The translations under genes and the position numbers were made by a program. Below the pieces are notes generated by a model. That model was not told the origin of the DNA and did not search any database. It saw only the letters and a list, made by a program, of their open reading frames with translations. From Candidatus Latescibacterota bacterium (GTDB lineage: Bacteria > Latescibacterota > UBA2968 > UBA8231), in assembly GCA_965205655.1 (NCBI GenBank), contig CBDBIJ010000029.1, positions 1-64,000 on the forward strand: a stretch of 64,000 nt of DNA, written 5' to 3'. Shown here in pieces: positions 18,907-28,405 of the stretch (position 1 is its first letter; the number at the start of each line of letters is the position of its first letter).

Positions 18907-19533
18907 TTATTTGCCGCCAACGTCGCTGCCTTTCAGCTCCTCCAGTTGGGGCTCGACGATATTGGTGTAGCAATCGGGGCAGATTCCGTGGCTGAATGAG
19001 ACATCGGCGTGGGCCTCGATGTAGCCCTCCACCTGCTGCCAGTAGTTGTCGTCGTTGCGCACCTTCTTGCAGTAGGAGCAGATGGGGAGCAGGCCCTGCA
19101 GCGTCTTCTCGCGGGCGAGGGATGCCTCGAGTTCCTCGATGCGATGAGCCAGCTCCGACTGGAGCTCGATAATGCGGCTGCCGACCTCGATGCGCGCCTG
19201 CAGCTCCCTGCGCCTGAAAGGCTTCGTAACGTAGTCGCCGGCCCCTGCCTCGAGGCCCTTTACGATGTCGTCTTCGCTGTCCAGGGTCGTCAGCATGATG
19301 ACGTAGAGCTGCCGCAGTCCGGGAATGCGGCGGGCCCAGCGGCACACCTCGACGCCGTCCATCTCCGGCATCATCCAGTCGAGGATGGCGAGCTTCGGCG
19401 GATCATCCTCCTTGAGGATGTCACAGGCCTGTTGGCCATCCTCCGTCACCATCACCTCGTGTCCCCACTGCTGCAGGGTCCTCTCGAGGAGCAGCCTGTT
19501 CGTGGCCTCGTCTTCTGCTATCAGGATGCGCAC
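18907..19533 (-). CDS. Response regulator (receiver + Cys/His-rich C-terminal domain)
   Basis: ILIAEDE, ILDWMMP, DYVTKPF; C-terminal LLPICSYCKKVR...SHGICPDC. Confidence 0.88.
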   Translation of the reverse strand: MRILIAEDEATNRLLLERTLQQWGHEVMVTEDGQQACDILKEDDPPKLAILDWMMPEMDGVEVCRWARRIPGLRQLYVIMLTTLDSEDDIVKGLEAGAGDYVTKPFRRRELQARIEVGSRIIELQSELAHRIEELEASLAREKTLQGLLPICSYCKKVRNDDNYWQQVEGYIEAHADVSFSHGICPDCYTNIVEPQLEELKGSDVGGK

Positions 19534-19552
19534 GGAGATGATCGTCGGGTGG

Positions 19553-19783
19553 TTAGCCCCGCTCAGGCCCCGCCGCTCTGTCTTTGAGCAGAATGGCCAT
19601 GGGTATGAGAACACAATATCCGAGGATGAGCAGAATGGGGGCCATAGTCAGAGACCAGAATCCGTCAGCAGGCGGGATGCTCAGCAACACATAGCCGACG
19701 ACGATGACACACAGGCCGACGGCGAAGAGGGTCCAATTCTTGCGCGTGAAGGGAAACTGCTTGCGCTCTTCGACTGTACTCAC
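19553..19783 (-). CDS. DUF3098-like small membrane protein
   Basis: KNWTLF..GL..IVVGY.LL...SLTMAPILLILGY. Confidence 0.7.
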   Translation of the reverse strand: MSTVEERKQFPFTRKNWTLFAVGLCVIVVGYVLLSIPPADGFWSLTMAPILLILGYCVLIPMAILLKDRAAGPERG

Positions 19784-19821
19784 GGGTTATCCCTCGGCGA
19801 TCTCAAATCGCTGGCGAGCGC

Positions 19822-20169
19822 TCAGCGTTTCTCCTTGATGCGAGCGGCGCGTCCCTTGCGCTCGCGCAGGTAAAAGAGACGGGCGCGCCGAACCTTACCG
19901 CGGCGAATGGGCTCTATTTTGGCGATCCTCGGGGAATGGAGAGGGAAGATGCGCTCCACGGCTACTCCCTGTGTCACCTTGCGGACCGTGAATGTCTCGT
20001 GAATGCCGCCACCCTTTCGCTGGATGACGTCCCCCTCGAAGATCTGGACGCGCTCCTTTTCGCCCTCGATGACCCGCACGTGCACCCTGAGTGTGTCCCC
20101 TGGGCCAAACTCCGGAAGGTCCGTCTTCAGCTGATCCGCCGTTATTTCATTCAATAACGCCATGTCCAT
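19822..20169 (-). CDS. rplS: 50S ribosomal protein L19
   Basis: [35 protein letters not shown]. Confidence 0.97.
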   Translation of the reverse strand: MDMALLNEITADQLKTDLPEFGPGDTLRVHVRVIEGEKERVQIFEGDVIQRKGGGIHETFTVRKVTQGVAVERIFPLHSPRIAKIEPIRRGKVRRARLFYLRERKGRAARIKEKR

Positions 20170-20186
20170 GATACGATCCTATCCCT

Positions 20187-20936
20187 TTAAGTTGCTTCGG
20201 CTGTGGCCAACTGCGGCGAGCGCCTCCAGCGCTCCACCAGCTGACGCTCCTCATCGTCGAGCTCGATGTCGCTGAGCAAATCCGGTCGACGCTCGAATGT
20301 CCTCCTCAAAGCCTCGCGTCTGCGCCAGGCCTTCACCTCGTCGTGGTTGCCGCTGGTGAGCACCTCCGGTACGCGCTTCCCGCGGAAGTCGGCCGGCCGC
20401 GTATACCACGGGCAGTCCAGCAGGCCTTCGTGGAACGAATCCTCCATGGCGGAGCTGAAGTCGCCGAGCACTCCGGGGATGAGTCGAGTGACGGCGTCGG
20501 CCACCACGAGCGCAGCCGGCTCGCCGCCGGTGAGTACGTAGTCCCCGATGGAAATCTCCTCGTCCACCAGGTCGCGGCGGGTCCGCTCGTCCACCCCCTT
20601 GTAGTGGCCACACAGCAGGACGAGATGCTGCTCCAGCGACAGCCTCGCGGCCAGGCTCTGGGTGAAAGGCTGGCCATCGGCAGTCAGATAGATGCAGCGG
20701 CTGCCGTCAAGCTCGAGGGACTCCCACGCCGACGCCATCGGCTCGGGCTTGAGCACCATGCCGCCGCCGCCGCCAAAGGGTGCATCGTCGACCGTGCGAT
20801 GCCGATCATCGGCGAACTCTCTCAAGTCGTGCACGTCGACCTCGACGAGTCCGGCGTCGATGGCCCGGGCGACCATGCTCGTGGCCAGCGGCGCCGTGAA
20901 GAAGTGGGGGAAGACGGTGACGATATCGATCTTCAT
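20187..20936 (-). CDS. trmD: tRNA (guanine37-N1)-methyltransferase
   Basis: VDDAPFGGGGGMV, CGHYKGVDER, SIGDYVLTGGE. Confidence 0.97.
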   Translation of the reverse strand: MKIDIVTVFPHFFTAPLATSMVARAIDAGLVEVDVHDLREFADDRHRTVDDAPFGGGGGMVLKPEPMASAWESLELDGSRCIYLTADGQPFTQSLAARLSLEQHLVLLCGHYKGVDERTRRDLVDEEISIGDYVLTGGEPAALVVADAVTRLIPGVLGDFSSAMEDSFHEGLLDCPWYTRPADFRGKRVPEVLTSGNHDEVKAWRRREALRRTFERRPDLLSDIELDDEERQLVERWRRSPQLATAEAT

Positions 20937-20937
20937 T

Positions 20938-21531
20938 TCATTTCACATTCACGAGTGACTCGATTTCAGACACGACGACGCGTTTCTCCGCAATGGATAT
21001 GTGCCGCACGAATTTCCGCACGGCGGGAATCATCACATCGCCGTCGCGATGCCGAACGACATACACATCCGCGGAGGGCATCTCCACAACATCGATGATC
21101 TCGCCGACAGTCTCGCCGGACTCATCCTCTACCTCACAGCCTATGAGTTCGAAGACGTAGTAGGTGTCCTCCGGAAGGGGAGCCACCTGTCCCCGCGGAA
21201 TCGTCAGATAGCCCTTCGCCAGCTTTTCGCGCGCCGTTTCGGGCTCGTCGATGCCGGCGAATTTCAACAAGATGCCGGGCTGGTCGAAGCGCCAGCTCTC
21301 GATCTGCAACTTCAGGTCGGGACAGCCTTCGCGTTCGAGGACGACCTCGTCGAGTTCCTCGAACCGATCGATCGAGTGGGTCAGGGGTTCCACCCTCACC
21401 TCGCCCCGCAGCCCTTTGGCCCTGACCACGTAGCCGACAGCGACGCGGTCGGAGCTTGGCGCTTCCGGCGAAGCGGGCGCTTCTGCCGCGGGCACTTCTA
21501 TGGAAGCTGACGTCGTCACAGAGGCGGGCAT
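20938..21531 (-). CDS. rimM: Ribosome maturation factor RimM
   Basis: GLRGEV, YYVFELIG, MIPAV; position between rpsP and trmD. Confidence 0.93.
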   Translation of the reverse strand: MPASVTTSASIEVPAAEAPASPEAPSSDRVAVGYVVRAKGLRGEVRVEPLTHSIDRFEELDEVVLEREGCPDLKLQIESWRFDQPGILLKFAGIDEPETAREKLAKGYLTIPRGQVAPLPEDTYYVFELIGCEVEDESGETVGEIIDVVEMPSADVYVVRHRDGDVMIPAVRKFVRHISIAEKRVVVSEIESLVNVK

Positions 21532-21557
21532 TTTTCCAGTGCTCGCACGGAAAGTGG

Positions 21558-22088
21558 CTACTCGTTCTCGGAGGCGTCGTCTGCGGCAGCGTCTTCGCCC
21601 GCGCCGCCGTCATCCGTGGCGGCGTTCTCAGGCGGTGTTTCCTCTGCCTCGGAATCCTGCGGAGGCGAGGTGGCCTGACCCTCAGACTCCGTAGTTGGCG
21701 CCTCAGCAGTCGCCTCCGCAGGTGCGGCGGTCCCCTCCTCTGCTTCGCTCTCGGCGTCTGCGGGCGCCGGCACAACGGCCAATTTCTTCCGCCGCTTCGG
21801 CTTGTCTCTCAGCAGAGCACCCTCGCGGATCTTGCCATCGAAGCCTCGCCAGCGCGCCAGGATCCCCTGATTCTTGAACAGGTCATGGACGGTCTCCGTC
21901 ATCTGTGCCCCATCGTTGAGCCAGCGCACGGCCGACTCTTCGTCGACGCTGAACCTGGCGTGGATGGGGTCGTAGGTTCCCAGCTCACCCAGCACCTGGC
22001 CATCCCGGGGGGCATTCACATCCACGACGACGATGCGGTAAAAGGGTCGCTTCTTGCGCCCCATTCTCTTGAGTCGAAGCTTGACCAA
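21558..22088 (-). CDS. rpsP: 30S ribosomal protein S16 with acidic C-terminal extension
   Basis: VKLRLKRMGRKKRPFYRIVV..PRDG..LGTYDP. Confidence 0.96.
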   Translation of the reverse strand: MVKLRLKRMGRKKRPFYRIVVVDVNAPRDGQVLGELGTYDPIHARFSVDEESAVRWLNDGAQMTETVHDLFKNQGILARWRGFDGKIREGALLRDKPKRRKKLAVVPAPADAESEAEEGTAAPAEATAEAPTTESEGQATSPPQDSEAEETPPENAATDDGGAGEDAAADDASENE

Positions 22089-22150
22089 ATTACAATCTCC
22101 TCAGTTGTGTAGGTACATCGCCAAAGGCGAATACAGATTTCAGGGTCCGG

Positions 22151-23491
22151 TCAGGCAACAGACAGGGGCATCCCCTTCATTTTGCCGCCCGGCTTCATAC
22201 GCGCCATCTGCCGCATCATTTTCTGCATCATCTGAAACTGCTTGAAGAGGCGGTTTACGTCCTGAATCGTGGTGCCGCTTCCCCTGGCGATTCTCTTGCG
22301 ACGGCTACCGTTGAGAATCTGCGGCCGCAGCCGCTCCCGGGGAGTCATCGAGCTGATAATCGCCTCCACCTGCCCCAACCCCTTGTCGTCCACCTGGACA
22401 CCTTTCAGGGCCTTGCCAGCCCCCGGAATCATGCCCACGAGCTGATCCAATGGACCCATGTTGCGCACAGCTTGCAGCTGTTCGCGAAAGTCGACGAAAG
22501 TGAACGTTTCCTTGCGGAGTCGAGCCTCCATCTTCTCCGCGTTTTCCCGATCGAAGGCGCGCTCGGCCTTCTCTGCGAGCGACAGCACATCTCCCATACC
22601 CAAGATGCGGGACGCCATGCGCTCTGGGTGAAAGGGCTCCAGCGCGTCGAGCTTCTCCCCGATGCCGATGAACTTGATCGGCTCGCCGGTGATCTCGACG
22701 ATCGACAGAGCGGCGCCACCACGGGCATCGCCGTCCAACTTCGTCAGCGCTATGCCGGTGAACGCGAGGCGCTCGTGGAAGCGGTGCGCCGTCTCCACCG
22801 CATCCTGCCCGAGCATACTGTCGGCGACGAAGAGAATCTCCGACGGGTCGGTGAGCGCCCGAATCTCTGCCAGCTCATCCATCATTTCATCGTCGATCGC
22901 CAAACGCCCCGCCGTGTCGAGCACGACGAGGCTCCGATTCGTCGCTCGGGCCTCGTCCACGCCGCGCCGGCAAACCTCGGGAGCGTCGGCGTCGGAGCCC
23001 ACGGACCCGGGGCCGAAGACGGGCACATCGATGGAGGCCCCCAGCGTCACGAGTTGCTCGACCGCGGCCGGCCGCTGCAGGTCGGCGGCGACGAGAAGAG
23101 GGAGGCGGCCATGGCTTTTGAAATGACAGGCGAGTTTCGCCGCTACCGTCGTCTTGCCGCACCCCTGCAGACCGACAAGAAGGATCACGCTCGGTGCTTT
23201 CTCGGAGAGGACGACGGGGCTGCTCCTGCCGCCCAACAGGGTTACGAGCTCGTCGTGAACGATCTTGACGATTTGCTGGCCCGGCGTGAGGCTGCGGAGC
23301 ACCTGCTGTCCGATCGCCTTGTCGCGAACACGAGCGAGGAAATCCTTGGCGACTTGAAAGCTCACATCCGCCTCGAGCAGAGCTCGGCGAAGCTCTCGCA
23401 GAGAAGCATCGAGATCTCGTTCGCCGACGCGGCCCTGGCCGCGCAGCTTTCGGAAGACCTCGTCGAGGCGATCGGCAAGACGATCGAACAT
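22151..23491 (-). CDS. ffh: Signal recognition particle protein Ffh
   Basis: GLQGCGKTT, DTAGRL, TKLDGDARGG, SRRKRIARGSG. Confidence 0.97.
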   Translation of the reverse strand: MFDRLADRLDEVFRKLRGQGRVGERDLDASLRELRRALLEADVSFQVAKDFLARVRDKAIGQQVLRSLTPGQQIVKIVHDELVTLLGGRSSPVVLSEKAPSVILLVGLQGCGKTTVAAKLACHFKSHGRLPLLVAADLQRPAAVEQLVTLGASIDVPVFGPGSVGSDADAPEVCRRGVDEARATNRSLVVLDTAGRLAIDDEMMDELAEIRALTDPSEILFVADSMLGQDAVETAHRFHERLAFTGIALTKLDGDARGGAALSIVEITGEPIKFIGIGEKLDALEPFHPERMASRILGMGDVLSLAEKAERAFDRENAEKMEARLRKETFTFVDFREQLQAVRNMGPLDQLVGMIPGAGKALKGVQVDDKGLGQVEAIISSMTPRERLRPQILNGSRRKRIARGSGTTIQDVNRLFKQFQMMQKMMRQMARMKPGGKMKGMPLSVA

Positions 23492-23549
23492 GACGCAAGA
23501 GCCCCTGATTTGTTTTCCGGGAGACTATTAAATGGAAGTTAGTGAATTG

Positions 23550-23578
23550 AATATAGAAGAGGCCTCTCGAACAGGCAA
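23550..23578 (-). promoter_or_regulatory. Putative sigma70 promoter of the ffh operon
   Basis: TTGCCT-N17-TATATT on the minus strand. Confidence 0.5.
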
Positions 23579-23650
23579 TTGAGACACTCTGGCCGAGTGG
23601 CGGTGCTGGACCGGCGCCAGACTGCGGAGCCGGTGGGGGCGTGCTACGCT

Positions 23651-24319
23651 CTATCCCCGCAACGCCGAGATGGCGCCAGCGGCGTCAGCAGCGCCGAATA
23701 CGGAGGAACCGGCGACCAGCAGACTAACTCCTGCGTCGCGACAGGCGGCGGCGTTGTCGGGGGTGACGCCGCCGTCGATCTGCACCGGCACGTCGATGCC
23801 GCTGCTTTCCATCCAGGACCGGACCGCCCGCACCTTGTCGAGAACCTCCGGCATGAATTTCTGTCCACCGAAGCCCGGCGCGACCGACATGATGAGGACG
23901 AGGTCCAACTCGCCGATGCACGGCAGGAGGCCGTCTACGGGAGTCGCCGGATTCACCGCAAGCCCGCACTCGAGCTCCACCGACCGGATCTGCTCGATGG
24001 CGCGGGAGGGTTCGTCCTCCACCACCTCGAGATGGATGGTCAGGGAGTCGGCGCCAGCGTCTCGGAAGGGACCGGCGTATTCTACCGGGTTGGCCAGCAT
24101 CAGGTGGGTGTCGAGCTTGAGCTTCGTGACCCTCCGAATAGCCTCGACAACCGGTATGCCGAAACTCAGGTTCGGCACAAAATGGCCGTCCATGATGTCC
24201 AGATGGAGCAGGTCCGCTCCGGCCTCCTCGACGCGGTGAACCTCATCCGCCAGACGGGAGAAATCGGCGGCCAGTACCGACGGTGCGATGAGGACGCGGG
24301 CGGGTGAATTCGGACTCAT
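23651..24319 (-). CDS. rpe: Ribulose-phosphate 3-epimerase
   Basis: HLDIMDGHFVPN, MSVAPGFGGQ, IDGG. Confidence 0.96.
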   Translation of the reverse strand: MSPNSPARVLIAPSVLAADFSRLADEVHRVEEAGADLLHLDIMDGHFVPNLSFGIPVVEAIRRVTKLKLDTHLMLANPVEYAGPFRDAGADSLTIHLEVVEDEPSRAIEQIRSVELECGLAVNPATPVDGLLPCIGELDLVLIMSVAPGFGGQKFMPEVLDKVRAVRSWMESSGIDVPVQIDGGVTPDNAAACRDAGVSLLVAGSSVFGAADAAGAISALRG

Positions 24320-24343
24320 CCGGAACCTCTCAGCGAATGGGCT

Positions 24344-25102
24344 CTATCGTATCGGGCCGTACGACCCGTCGTCGTCGCGCACGCTGATCACGAGCTCGAT
24401 CCGGGTGTGGCGCATGACGCGGTCATCCGGTGCCGGGCTCTGTTTCAGAACAGTGCCCGGAGGTTGCGTGTTGTCGATCTGCTCGCGGATCGGTCCCCGT
24501 CGCATCTCATACTTTCGAAGACTGTCCTCGACGACGTCGTTCGACAGGCCCAGAAGATCCGGGACTCGCTTGCGCGCGAATGGCGAGCCGCTGCTCACCT
24601 TCAGGTCCACCGCGCCACCTCCGGGCAAACTCGTGCCGGCGACCGGAATCTGTGAAATGACGGCTCCTTCGGGAATCGACCCGGATGAAACATAGCTGAA
24701 CTTACGGATGTGCAGCTGATTGCCGCGCAGTTGCAGCTTCGCTTCGCGCAGACTCCGCTCCCGGACATCCGGCACCGTGTAGAATCGCCGCCCACGGCTG
24801 GTGTCGACGAAGACGCGCCTGGCCTTCTTCATGAACCGCCCCGGCTTTGGCGTCTGATCCACAATGCGGCCGGCCTCGACGCGCTCGTCGTAAACGCTGT
24901 CGAGCACCTCCAGCCGAAGTCCACGTCGGCGCAGCCGGCGCTCGGCCTCGGACACCGTCTGCCCGATGATCTGGGGTACGCGCACGCGCTCGACGTCGAC
25001 GATGTAGGGCATGATGACGTTATCCAGCACGATGAGAAAGAGGACGACGCTGCCGATGATCGCCACCAGGGCGAGGGCGCCGCGGCGGACCGATCCTCTC
25101 AT
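24344..25102 (-). CDS. Membrane-anchored triple PASTA domain protein
   Basis: N-terminal TM then three VP(Q/D)..G/E repeats with Q.P..G motifs; ATGA overlap with rsmB stop. Confidence 0.85.
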   Translation of the reverse strand: MRGSVRRGALALVAIIGSVVLFLIVLDNVIMPYIVDVERVRVPQIIGQTVSEAERRLRRRGLRLEVLDSVYDERVEAGRIVDQTPKPGRFMKKARRVFVDTSRGRRFYTVPDVRERSLREAKLQLRGNQLHIRKFSYVSSGSIPEGAVISQIPVAGTSLPGGGAVDLKVSSGSPFARKRVPDLLGLSNDVVEDSLRKYEMRRGPIREQIDNTQPPGTVLKQSPAPDDRVMRHTRIELVISVRDDDGSYGPIR

Positions 25103-26496
25103 GCCGCCACCTTGCGTATGCGGGCTGAGAAACTGCCGTCGCCGCGCTCGCGGCCAGGCAGGGTCAGGACAAAACGGTCCGCCCAGGGCACCCCTGGGAA
25201 GCGGCTCCGGGCGGGTTCGACGATGGCGGCTGGCGTCGATTCCACGAAGCGGTCGACGACGCCTTCGTTTTCTTCCTCTTCCAGGCTGCAGGTGCTGTAG
25301 ACGAGAACACCGTCCGGCCTGAGTCGATCGAATGCCCGGCGCAGAATGGCGAGTTGCAGCTCGGCGAGCTCTCGCAGCTTCGCCGGCGACCGGCGCCAGC
25401 GGGCATCCGGACGACGGCACAGAACACCGGTGCTGCTACAAGGCACATCCACGAGCACGCGGTCAAAGGTGAGCCCCCTCCCCGCCAGCGCGCTCGGCAG
25501 GGTCGCATCCTCGGCGACCTCGCAGATGTTTCCCAGACCGAGCCGCCGCGCATTGACACGAAGCCTGCGCAGCCGACTCACAGATTTGTCCGCTGCGACG
25601 ACGCGAGCCCGGCCACTCGTCGCGATGGCGATCTGAACCGTCTTGCCGCCGGGTGCGCTGCAGGTATCGAGGATGCGGTCGCGCGCTGCGGGTTCGAGCA
25701 AGCCGACAGCGAGGCCGGCGTTCATATCCTGAACGTAGAACAGGCCGCGATCATAGGCCGCCGAGGCAAAGATGCCGTCGTGTTGAATCAACTCCAGCGA
25801 GTCGCGCAGTGGCCCGGTGGCCCCTGATACAGTATGGCCGTCGGGAAGAGCGGCTTCGAAGGCGGCGATGTCGGCCCGGAGCTTGTTGAGTCGAATGTAG
25901 AGCCGCGGGTTTTCGTTGTTGACACGCAACATCTCCTCAGTCCGGCACTCCCCCCAGCGATTCAGCCAGCGCTCGACCATCCACAGCGGGTGCGAGTAGA
26001 ACACGGAGAGATGTCGTCCCGGTTCGCTGCATCGGTCGGGATAGCGAACGCGATCCCCCTCCTCTGCGACGCGGCGAAGGACCGCGTTGACGAGGCTGGC
26101 AACGCCTCGATGGGTATGCCGCTTCGCCAGCTCTACGGAGGAATGGACGGCGGCGCGCGAAGGCACGCGATCGAGCCACATAAGCTGATACGTTCCAATG
26201 CGGAGTATATGGCGCGCAGTTGGGGAGAGGGTTTTCACAGATTGCCTGGAGAATTGATCCACGATCCAGTCGATACGGTCCCGCCATTTGACGCAACCGA
26301 GGACGAGCTGTCTGACGAAGCGAGCGTCTCGCGACTGCGCGGTCGACGCAGCGTCCCTTTCGTCGCCTGGGGCTGCCGAGGTCAGCGGCGCAGTGGAGGC
26401 TCGCTCGTCCAGGAGCGTCTCCAGGGGCGCGTCGTGAAGCTCGAGTTCGGCGAGGATGTCCAGCGCGGCGGCCCGCGCCGGGTCGTTTCCTTTCAT
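25099..26496 (-). CDS. rsmB: 16S rRNA m5C967 methyltransferase RsmB (NusB + methyltransferase)
   Basis: LVNAVLR, SHPLW, DTCSAPGGKT, DVPCS, YSTCSL; start uncertain. Confidence 0.93.
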   Translation of the reverse strand: MKGNDPARAAALDILAELELHDAPLETLLDERASTAPLTSAAPGDERDAASTAQSRDARFVRQLVLGCVKWRDRIDWIVDQFSRQSVKTLSPTARHILRIGTYQLMWLDRVPSRAAVHSSVELAKRHTHRGVASLVNAVLRRVAEEGDRVRYPDRCSEPGRHLSVFYSHPLWMVERWLNRWGECRTEEMLRVNNENPRLYIRLNKLRADIAAFEAALPDGHTVSGATGPLRDSLELIQHDGIFASAAYDRGLFYVQDMNAGLAVGLLEPAARDRILDTCSAPGGKTVQIAIATSGRARVVAADKSVSRLRRLRVNARRLGLGNICEVAEDATLPSALAGRGLTFDRVLVDVPCSSTGVLCRRPDARWRRSPAKLRELAELQLAILRRAFDRLRPDGVLVYSTCSLEEEENEGVVDRFVESTPAAIVEPARSRFPGVPWADRFVLTLPGRERGDGSFSARIRKVAA

Positions 26497-26641
26497 GAAG
26501 GCGCAATCTAAGGAAGAGGCCCGACCCATCAAAGATTCCCCATCTCCCCGGCGCCCCTGTTGCAGGGGTACCACGGCTCGGATATATTGACCACGCCTCC
26601 CCCCCAAACCGCGGTCCTCTCCCCACCTTCCGGCACCACCT

Positions 26642-28402
26642 ATGCGGCTCTACCCCGTTTGGGACATACTGCACGAGGGCGGCTACGATTCCGTATACGA
26701 CGCTCTGCTGCAAAGTCGCAACCTGACGAGCGATGACCTGGCAGTCGGCGCCGACGGTCTCCATTCACCCCGGCTTCTCGCCGACCTCGAACGGGCGGTT
26801 GGGCGAATGGCGCATTCCATCCGCGCCGGTGAGAAGATCGTCGTGTTCGGGGACTACGACGCGGACGGCATCACGAGCACGGCCCTGATGCTCGATTTCC
26901 TGGACAGGGTCGGCGCCAGCTATGACCACCTGCTGCCCGATCGCCACAAAGACGGTTACGGCATGAAACCGGAGGGAGTCAGCCGGGCGCTGCAGATGGG
27001 AGCGGAGCTCCTCGTGACCGTAGACAACGGTATTTCCGCCCATGAGGGCATAGAACACGCCCGGCGCTGCGGTCTCGACGTCGTCGTTATCGATCATCAC
27101 AAACAGGTCGAAGAGCTGCCACCGGCGCACAGCGTCGTCAACCCGAATCGAAAGGACAGCACCTATCCGTTCAAGGGGCTCGCCGCCGTCGGAGTCACAT
27201 TCAAGGTCGTTCAGGTCCTGAGCGATGAATTCATTCAGGGACAGGAGCGACGGGCTTATCTGAACAGTCTCCTCGACCTCGTCGCCCTCGGGTCGGTGGC
27301 GGATGTAGCGCCGGTACTGGACGAAAACCGGGTGCTCATTCGCCACGGTATGAAGGTATTGGAACGCTCCGAGCGTCCCGGTCTGCGGCAGTTGAAGGAG
27401 GTGGCCCGTTGCGCCGAGGGCCGCATCAGCACAACGGCGATCGGATTCTATCTCGGACCGCGACTCAATTCGGCCGGGCGCCTGGCGTCTCCGGAGCTGG
27501 CTCTGAGCCTGCTGCGCACAGACGACGAGGAGGAAGCGCGCCAGCTTGCAGCAGAGCTCGACGCCCTGAACGGACGCAGGCGCGATCTGCAGCGGGCGGC
27601 GGTGAGGGAGGCCCGCGCGCTCGTCTCGCCGGAGGATCTGGAGACGGATCGAATCCTCATCGTCCTCGGCGAGGCCTGGAATCCCGGCATCATCGGACTG
27701 ATAGCCAGCGATCTGGCCGAGACCTTCCAGCGTCCGGCTGTGGTGGCGACGGACGCCCGCCGCGACGGCATCTATGTGGGGTCCGCCCGCAGCATCGAGG
27801 CCTATGACATCACCGAGGGGATCAGCAGCGGTGCCTCGTACCTTACCACCTACGGCGGACATAAACTAGCCGCCGGGTTTTCCATGCCCGGGGACAAGTT
27901 CGAGGCCTTTCGCTCGGCCCTCATCGACCACGCGAATGACAGACTCACAGCTGACGACCTGCGCGCCACACTGAAAATCGACATGATGTTGAACCTTCGG
28001 GATCTCAATGAGAGCACCGTCGACGACCTGTCGCGGATGGAGCCTTTCGGCAGCGGCAACGAAGTACCGCTATTCGCTGCGAACGATCTTCAGATCGAGG
28101 CGACGAGACGGGTCGGCGCCGGTGGCGAGCACCTCAAGGTGGTCTTCAAGGTCGATGGCAGGAGCTGTTCCGGTGTGTGGTGGCGGCAAGGTCCGCGCGC
28201 CCGTGATCTTTCGCAGGGAGACCGAGTGGCCGCAGCTTTCGAGCTGGAGGAGGACAGCTACAGCGGGTTCCGCGGCATTCAGATGGTTATTCGGGACATG
28301 TACCCCACGAGCGCGGACGCGGCCCCGCCAGATCAGGCCACAAGCCGAATGGACGAGCTGGCGGAGATCGCCGAGGCGTCGGTTGAGCACGCTGCTTCGT
28401 AG
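26642..28402 (+). CDS. recJ: ssDNA-specific exonuclease RecJ
   Basis: GDYDADG, TVDNG, DHH, GSVADV, PRLNSAGRL, GSARS, GGH. Confidence 0.96.
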   Translation: MRLYPVWDILHEGGYDSVYDALLQSRNLTSDDLAVGADGLHSPRLLADLERAVGRMAHSIRAGEKIVVFGDYDADGITSTALMLDFLDRVGASYDHLLPDRHKDGYGMKPEGVSRALQMGAELLVTVDNGISAHEGIEHARRCGLDVVVIDHHKQVEELPPAHSVVNPNRKDSTYPFKGLAAVGVTFKVVQVLSDEFIQGQERRAYLNSLLDLVALGSVADVAPVLDENRVLIRHGMKVLERSERPGLRQLKEVARCAEGRISTTAIGFYLGPRLNSAGRLASPELALSLLRTDDEEEARQLAAELDALNGRRRDLQRAAVREARALVSPEDLETDRILIVLGEAWNPGIIGLIASDLAETFQRPAVVATDARRDGIYVGSARSIEAYDITEGISSGASYLTTYGGHKLAAGFSMPGDKFEAFRSALIDHANDRLTADDLRATLKIDMMLNLRDLNESTVDDLSRMEPFGSGNEVPLFAANDLQIEATRRVGAGGEHLKVVFKVDGRSCSGVWWRQGPRARDLSQGDRVAAAFELEEDSYSGFRGIQMVIRDMYPTSADAAPPDQATSRMDELAEIAEASVEHAAS

Positions 28403-28405
28403 TCG

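Noticed and set aside
23492..23650. SRP RNA next to ffh
   Set aside because: No SRP helix-8 core (CAGG..GNRA..AGCA) recognisable
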